Notes under the pieces: generated by a model
The model's database searches: none
Seen by the model: only the letters and a program-made list of their open reading frames with translations
Told to the model about the DNA's origin: nothing
Shown here: positions 56,648 through 64,000 of the stretch, piece by piece
Position numbering within the stretch: the first letter of the stretch is position 1
Layout of the letters: every line of letters begins with the position of its first letter
Position numbers and translations under genes: made by a program
Assembly (NCBI GenBank): GCA_964057225.1
Contig: OZ059900.1
Span: forward strand, 23,808,001 to 23,872,000
DNA from: Auanema rhodensis
Lineage: Eukaryota > Animalia > Nematoda
Length of the DNA: 64,000 nucleotides
Reading direction: 5' to 3'

Positions 56648-59380
56648 TCTAATATTGATTAAATCGATTTTTGTTCATATGAGTCGTCAAATGCAACGAA
56701 TTTCAGCGTGTTACATACTAAAATGAAGCATTTTACATGCTGAACACTAGAAAAATACAAAAACACAGTATTTCCCATGAGAAATATTTTATTATGCTGG
56801 AAAACCAGTTTTTGGAAATTTCGCTGTAAACAAGGTTTTGACTTACGATTTCATGTGTTCAAACTCATGCAATGTCAATGAAACCTTGCTCAAAATTGTT
56901 CGTACAACGTCTAGTTCCACTTTCACGACAAAAAAACAGGGGTTAGAAAATTAAGGAAATTAGCATATTCTGAGGGCACGCCCCTTATGGCTAATATTGA
57001 TTAAATCGATTTTTGTTCATATGAGTCGTCAAATGCAACGAATTTCAGCGTGTTACATACTAAAATGAAGCATTTTACATGCTGAACACTAAAAAAATAC
57101 AAAAACACAGTATTTCCCATGAGAAATATTTTATTATGCTGGAAAACCAGTTTTTGGAAATTTCGCTGTAAACAAGGTTTTGACTTACGATTTCATGTGT
57201 TCAAACTCATGCAATGTCAATGAAACCTAGCTCAAAATTGTTCGTACAACGTCTAGTTCCACTTTCACGACAAAAAAACAGGGGTTAGAAAATTAAGGAA
57301 ATTAGCATATTCTGAGGGCACGCCCCTTATGGCTAATATTGATTAAATCGATTTTTGTTCATATGAGTCGTCAAATGCAACGAATTTTAGCGTGTTACAT
57401 ACTAAAATGAAGCATTTTACATGCTGAACACTAGAAAAATACAAAAACACAGTATTTCCCATGAGAAATATTTTATTATGCTGGAAAACCAGTTTTTGGA
57501 AATTTCGCTGTAAACAAGGTTTTGACTTACGATTTCATGTGTTCAAACTCATGCAATGTCAATGAAACCTAGCTCAAAATTGTTTGTACAACGTCTAGTT
57601 CCACTTTCACGACAAAAAAACAGGGGTTAGAAAATTAAGGAAATTAGCATATTCTGAGGGCACGCCACTTATGGCTAATATTGATTAAATCGATTTTTGT
57701 TCATATGAGTCGTCAAATGCAACGAATTTTAGCGTGTTACATACTAAAATGAAGCATTTTACATGCTGAACACTAGAAAAATACAAAAACACAGTATTTC
57801 CCATGAGAAATATTTTATTATGCTGGAAAACCAGTTTTTGGAAATTTCGCTGTAAACAAGGTTTTGACTTACGATTTCATGTGTTCAAACTCATGCAATG
57901 TCAATGAAACCTAGCTCAAAATTGTTCGTACAACGTCTAGTTCCACTTTCACGACAAAAAAACAGGGGTTAGAAAATTAAGGAAATTAGCATATTCTGAG
58001 GGCACGCCCCTTATGTCTAATATTGATTAAATCGATTTTTGTTCATATGAGTCGTCAAATGCAACGAATTTCAGCGTGTTACATACTAAAATGAAGCATT
58101 TTACATGCTGAACACTAGAAAAATACAAAAACACAGTATTTCCCATGAGAAATATTTTATTATGCTGGAAAACCAGTTTTTGGAAATTTCGCTGTAAACA
58201 AGGTTTTGACTTACGATTTCATGTGTTCAAACTCATGCAATGTCAATGAAACCTTGCTCAAAATTGTTCGTACAACGTCTAGTTCCACTTTCACGACAAA
58301 AAAACAGGGGTTAGAAAATTAAGGAAATTAGCATATTCTGAGGGCACGCCCCTTATGGCTAATATTGATTAAATCGATTTTTGTTCATATGAGTCGTCAA
58401 ATGCAACGAATTTCAGCGTGTTACATACTAAAATGAAGCATTTTACATGCTGAACACTAAAAAAATACAAAAACACAGTATTTCCCATGAGAAATATTTT
58501 ATTATGCTGGAAAACCAGTTTTTGGAAATTTCGCTGTAAACAAGGTTTTGACTTACGATTTCATGTGTTCAAACTCATGCAATGTCAATGAAACCTAGCT
58601 CAAAATTGTTCGTACAACGTCTAGTTCCACTTTCACGACAAAAAAACAGGGGTTAGAAAATTAAGGAAATTAGCATATTCTGAGGGCACGCCCCTTATGG
58701 CTAATATTGATTAAATCGATTTTTGTTCATATGAGTCGTCAAATGCAACGAATTTTAGCGTGTTACATACTAAAATGAAGCATTTTACATGCTGAACACT
58801 AGAAAAATACAAAAACACAGTATTTCCCATGAGAAATATTTTATTATGCTGGAAAACCAGTTTTTGGAAATTTCGCTGTAAACAAGGTTTTGACTTACGA
58901 TTTCATGTGTTCAAACTCATGCAATGTCAATGAAACCTAGCTCAAAATTGTTCGTACAACGTCTAGTTCCACTTTCACGACAAAAAAACAGGGGTTAGAA
59001 AATTAAGGAAATTAGCATATTCTGAGGGCACGCCACTTATGGCTAATATTGATTAAATCGATTTTTGTTCATATGAGTCGTCAAATGCAACGAATTTTAG
59101 CGTGTTACATACTAAAATGAAGCATTTTACATGCTGAACACTAGAAAAATACAAAAACACAGTATTTCCCATGAGAAATATTTTATTATGCTGGAAAACC
59201 AGTTTTTGGAAATTTCGCTGTAAACAAGGTTTTGACTTACGATTTCATGTGTTCAAACTCATGCAATGTCAATGAAACCTAGCTCAAAATTGTTCGTACA
59301 ACGTCTAGTTCCACTTTCACGACAAAAAAACAGGGGTTAGAAAATTAAGGAAATTAGCATATTCTGAGGGCACGCCCCTT
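56648..59380 (-). repeat. 4-monomer higher-order repeat (1368 bp x 2)
   Basis: TGTCTAAT 56648/58016 and GCCACTT 57667/59035; ACCTTGC, ACTAAAAAAATAC and AATTTTAG are also paired at 1368 bp. Confidence 0.87.
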
Positions 59381-59725
59381 ATGGCTAATATTGATTAAAT
59401 CGATTTTTGTTCATATGAGTCGTCAAATGCAACGAATTTCAGCGTGTTACATACTAAAATGAAGCATTTTACATGCTGAACACTAGAAAAATACAAAAAC
59501 ACAGTATTTCTCATGAGAAATATTTTATTATGCTGGAAAACCAGTTTTTGGAAATTTCGCTGTAAACAAGGTTTTGACTTACGATTTCATGTGTTCAAAC
59601 TCATGCAATGTCAATGAAACCTAGATCAAAATTGTTCGTACAACGTCTAGTTCCACTTTCACGACAAAAAAACAGGGGTTAGAAAATTAAGGAAATTAGC
59701 ATATTCTGAGGGCACGCCCCTTATG

Positions 59726-62700
59726 GCTAATATTGATTAAATCGATTTTTGTTCATATGAGTCGTCAAATGCAACGAATTTCAGCGTGTTACATACTAAA
59801 ATGAATCATTTTACATGCTGAACACTAGAAAAATACAAAAACACAGTATTTCCCATGAGAAATATTTTATTATGGCTAATATTGATTAAATCGATTTTTG
59901 TTCATATGAGTTGTCAAATGCAACGAATTTCAGCGTGTTACATACTAAAATGAAGGATTTTACATGCTGAACACTAGAAAAATACAAAAACACAGTATTT
60001 CCCATGAGAAATATTTTATTATGCTGGAAAACCAGTTTTTGGAAATTTCGCTGTAAACAAGGCTTTGACTTACGATTTCATGTGTTCAAACTCATGCAAT
60101 GTCAATGAAACCTAGCTCAAAATTGTTCGTACAACGTCTAGTTCCACTTTCACGACAAAAAAACAGGGGTTAGAAAATTAAGGAAATTAGCATATTCTGA
60201 GGGCACGCCCCTTATGGCTAATATTGATTAAATCGATTTTTGTTCATATGAGTCGTCAAATGCAACGAATTTCAGCGTGTTACATACTAAAATGAATCAT
60301 TTTACATGCTGAACACTAGAAAAATACAAAAACACAGTATTTCCCATGAGAAATATTTTATTATGGCTAATATTGATTAAATCGATTTTTGTTCATATGA
60401 GTTGTCAAATGCAACGAATTTCAGCGTGTTACATACTAAAATGAAGGATTTTACATGCTGAACACTAGAAAAATACAAAAACACAGTATTTCCCATGAGA
60501 AATATTTTATTATGCTGGAAAACCAGTTTTTGGAAATTTCGCTGTAAACAAGGCTTTGACTTACGATTTCATGTGTTCAAACTCATGCAATGTCAATGAA
60601 ACCTAGCTCAAAATTGTTCGTACAACGTCTAGTTCCACTTTCACGACAAAAAAACAGGGGTTAGAAAATTAAGGAAATTAGCATATTCTGAGGGCACGCC
60701 CCTTATGGCTAATATTGATTAAATCGATTTTTGTTCATATGAGTCGTCAAATGCAACGAATTTCAGCGTGTTACATACTAAAATGAATCATTTTACATGC
60801 TGAACACTAGAAAAATACAAAAACACAGTATTTCCCATGAGAAATATTTTATTATGGCTAATATTGATTAAATCGATTTTTGTTCATATGAGTTGTCAAA
60901 TGCAACGAATTTCAGCGTGTTACATACTAAAATGAAGGATTTTACATGCTGAACACTAGAAAAATACAAAAACACAGTATTTCCCATGAGAAATATTTTA
61001 TTATGCTGGAAAACCAGTTTTTGGAAATTTCGCTGTAAACAAGGCTTTGACTTACGATTTCATGTGTTCAAACTCATGCAATGTCAATGAAACCTAGCTC
61101 AAAATTGTTCGTACAACGTCTAGTTCCACTTTCACGACAAAAAAACAGGGGTTAGAAAATTAAGGAAATTAGCATATTCTGAGGGCACGCCCCTTATGGC
61201 TAATATTGATTAAATCGATTTTTGTTCATATGAGTCGTCAAATGCAACGAATTTCAGCGTGTTACATACTAAAATGAATCATTTTACATGCTGAACACTA
61301 GAAAAATACAAAAACACAGTATTTCCCATGAGAAATATTTTATTATGGCTAATATTGATTAAATCGATTTTTGTTCATATGAGTTGTCAAATGCAACGAA
61401 TTTCAGCGTGTTACATACTAAAATGAAGGATTTTACATGCTGAACACTAGAAAAATACAAAAACACAGTATTTCCCATGAGAAATATTTTATTATGCTGG
61501 AAAACCAGTTTTTGGAAATTTCGCTGTAAACAAGGCTTTGACTTACGATTTCATGTGTTCAAACTCATGCAATGTCAATGAAACCTAGCTCAAAATTGTT
61601 CGTACAACGTCTAGTTCCACTTTCACGACAAAAAAACAGGGGTTAGAAAATTAAGGAAATTAGCATATTCTGAGGGCACGCCCCTTATGGCTAATATTGA
61701 TTAAATCGATTTTTGTTCATATGAGTCGTCAAATGCAACGAATTTCAGCGTGTTACATACTAAAATGAAGCATTTTACATGCTGAACACTAGAAAAATAC
61801 AAAAACACAGTATTTCCCATGAGAAATATTTTATTATGCTGGAAAACCAGTTTTTGGAAATTTCGCTGTAAACAAGGTTTTGACTTACGATTTCATGTGT
61901 TCAAACTCATGCAATGTCAATGAAACCTAGCTCAAAATTGTTCGTACAACGTCTAGTTCCACTTTCACGACAAAAAAACAGGGGTTAGAAAATTAAGGAA
62001 ATTAGCATATTCTGAGGGCACGCCCCTTATGGCTAATATTGATTAAATCGATTTTTGTTCATATGAGTCGTCAAATGCAACGAATTTCAGCGTGTTACAT
62101 ACTAAAATGAATCATTTTACATGCTGAACACTAGAAAAATACAAAAACACAGTATTTCCCATGAGAAATATTTTATTATGGCTAATATTGATTAAATCGA
62201 TTTTTGTTCATATGAGTTGTCAAATGCAACGAATTTCAGCGTGTTACATACTAAAATGAAGGATTTTACATGCTGAACACTAGAAAAATACAAAAACACA
62301 GTATTTCCCATGAGAAATATTTTATTATGCTGGAAAACCAGTTTTTGGAAATTTCGCTGTAAACAAGGCTTTGACTTACGATTTCATGTGTTCAAACTCA
62401 TGCAATGTCAATGAAACCTAGCTCAAAATTGTTCGTACAACGTCTAGTTCCACTTTCACGACAAAAAAACAGGGGTTAGAAAATTAAGGAAATTAGCATA
62501 TTCTGAGGGCACGCCCCTTATGGCTAATATTGATTAAATCGATTTTTGTTCATATGAGTCGTCAAATGCAACGAATTTCAGCGTGTTACATACTAAAATG
62601 AATCATTTTACATGCTGAACACTAGAAAAATACAAAAACACAGTATTTCCCATGAGAAATATTTTATTATGGCTAATATTGATTAAATCGATTTTTGTTC

Positions 62701-63013
62701 ATATGAGTTGTCAAATGCAACGAATTTCAGCGTGTTACATACTAAAATGAAGGATTTTACATGCTGAACACTAGAAAAATACAAAAACACAGTATTTCCC
62801 ATGAGAAATATTTTATTATGCTGGAAAACCAGTTTTTGGAAATTTCGCTGTAAACAAGGCTTTGACTTACGATTTCATGTGTTCAAACTCATGCAATGTC
62901 AATGAAACCTAGCTCAAAATTGTTCGTACAACGTCTAGTTCCACTTTCACGACAAAAAAACAGGGGTTAGAAAATTAAGGAAATTAGCATATTCTGAGGG
63001 CACGCCCCTTATG
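59726..63013 (-). repeat. Sub-array of a derived 491-bp unit (149-bp truncated + 342-bp monomer), six copies with one intervening normal monomer
   Basis: Junctions at 59875, 60366, 60857, 61348, 62181, 62672 (spacings 491, 491, 491, 833, 491). All units carry GAATCATT, GAGTTGTC, GAAGGATT and AAGGCTTT. Confidence 0.95.
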
Positions 63014-64000
63014 GCTAATATTGATTAAATCGATTTTTGTTCATATGAGTCGTCAAATGCAACGAATTTCAGCGTGTTACATACTAAAATGAAGGATTTT
63101 ACATGCTGAACACTAGAAAAATACAAAAACACAGTATTTCCCATGAGAAATATTTTATTATGCTGGAAAACCAGTTTTTGGAAATTTCGCTGTAAACAAG
63201 GCTTTGACTTACGATTTCATGTGTTCAAACTCATGCAATGTCAATGAAACCTAGCTCAAAATTGTTCGTACAACGTCTAGTTCCACTTTCACGACAAAAA
63301 AACAGGGGTTAGAAAATTAAGGAAATTAGCATATTCTGAGGGCACGCCCCTTATGGCTAATATTGATTAAATCGATTTTTGTTCATATGAGTCGTCAAAT
63401 GCAACGAATTTCAGCGTGTTACATACTAAAATGAAGCATTTTACATGCTGAACACTAGAAAAAAACAAAAACACAGTATTTCCCATGAGAAATGTTTTAT
63501 TATGCTGGAAAACCAGTTTTTGGAAATTTCGCTGTAAACAAGGTTTTGACTTACGATTTCATGTGTTCAAACTCATGCAATGTCAATGAAACTTAGCTCA
63601 AAATTGTTCGTACAACGTCTAGTTCCACTTTCACGACAAAAAACAGGGGTTAGAAAGTTAAGGAAATTAGCATATTCTGAGGGCACGCCCCTTATGGCTA
63701 ATATTGATTAAATCGATTTTTGTTCATATGAGTCGTCAAATGCAACGAACTTTAGCGTGTTACATACTAAAATGAAGCATTTTACATGCTGAACACTAGA
63801 AAAATACAAAAACACAGTATTTCCCATGAGAAATATTTTATTATGCTGGAAAACCAGTTTTTGGAAATTTCGCTGTAAACAAGGTTTTGACTTACGATTT
63901 CATGTGTTCAAACTCATGCAATGTCAATGAAACCTAGCTCAAAATTGTTCGTACAACGTCTAGTTCCACTTTCACGACAAAAAAACAGGGGTTAGAAAAT

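Larger units (their letters stand above)
1..64000. repeat. 342-bp AT-rich tandem satellite DNA array filling the window (likely eukaryotic centromeric/heterochromatic satellite; family not identified)
   Basis: TCAGCATGTAAAAT recurs at 1, 342, 684, 1026... (first monomer 341 bp, one T short). After 4573 the reverse complement recurs every 342 bp. No unique sequence apart from a few nt at the inversion junction. The centromeric role is inference. Confidence 0.98.
4573..64000 (-). repeat. Satellite block 2, ~170 full monomers plus 9 truncated 149-bp monomers, reverse orientation
   Basis: Monomers read ...ATTAGCATATTCTGAGGGCACGCCCCTTATGGC..., the reverse complement of block 1, with a 342-bp period and rare 1-nt indels in or next to the A7 tract (~14416, ~30495, ~45690, ~56590, ~63640). 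Confidence 0.97.

Noticed and set aside
1-64000. CRISPR array or other repeat-spacer system
   Set aside because: No unique spacers; whole 342-bp units repeat, and no cas or other genes are present.
1-64000. Assignment to a named satellite family or species
   Set aside because: I do not recognise the monomer with confidence; a BLAST or satellite database search is needed.

Overview
The whole window is one AT-rich (~34% GC, counted on monomer 1) tandem satellite DNA array with a 342-bp monomer, about 183 full-length monomer equivalents plus 9 truncated ones, differing by only a few substitutions each. It looks like eukaryotic (peri)centromeric or heterochromatic satellite; I cannot name the family or organism. 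I find no credible genes, RNA genes, mobile elements or CRISPR arrays, and no gene-encoded novel system. The two listed ORFs come from one stop-codon substitution in the monomer. The interest is structural. (1) The array switches strand at ~4565-4573, forming a multi-kb inverted repeat with a 48-nt spacer whose arms carry different variants. (2) A 149-bp truncated monomer joined at TTATG microhomology appears sporadically from 44.2 kb and then amplifies into a new 491-bp (149+342) unit at 59.7-63.0 kb. (3) Diagnostic SNPs reveal nested higher-order repeats (2-, 3-, 4-, 6- and 17-mers). (4) Both rearrangement junctions fall in or beside dyad symmetries of the monomer.
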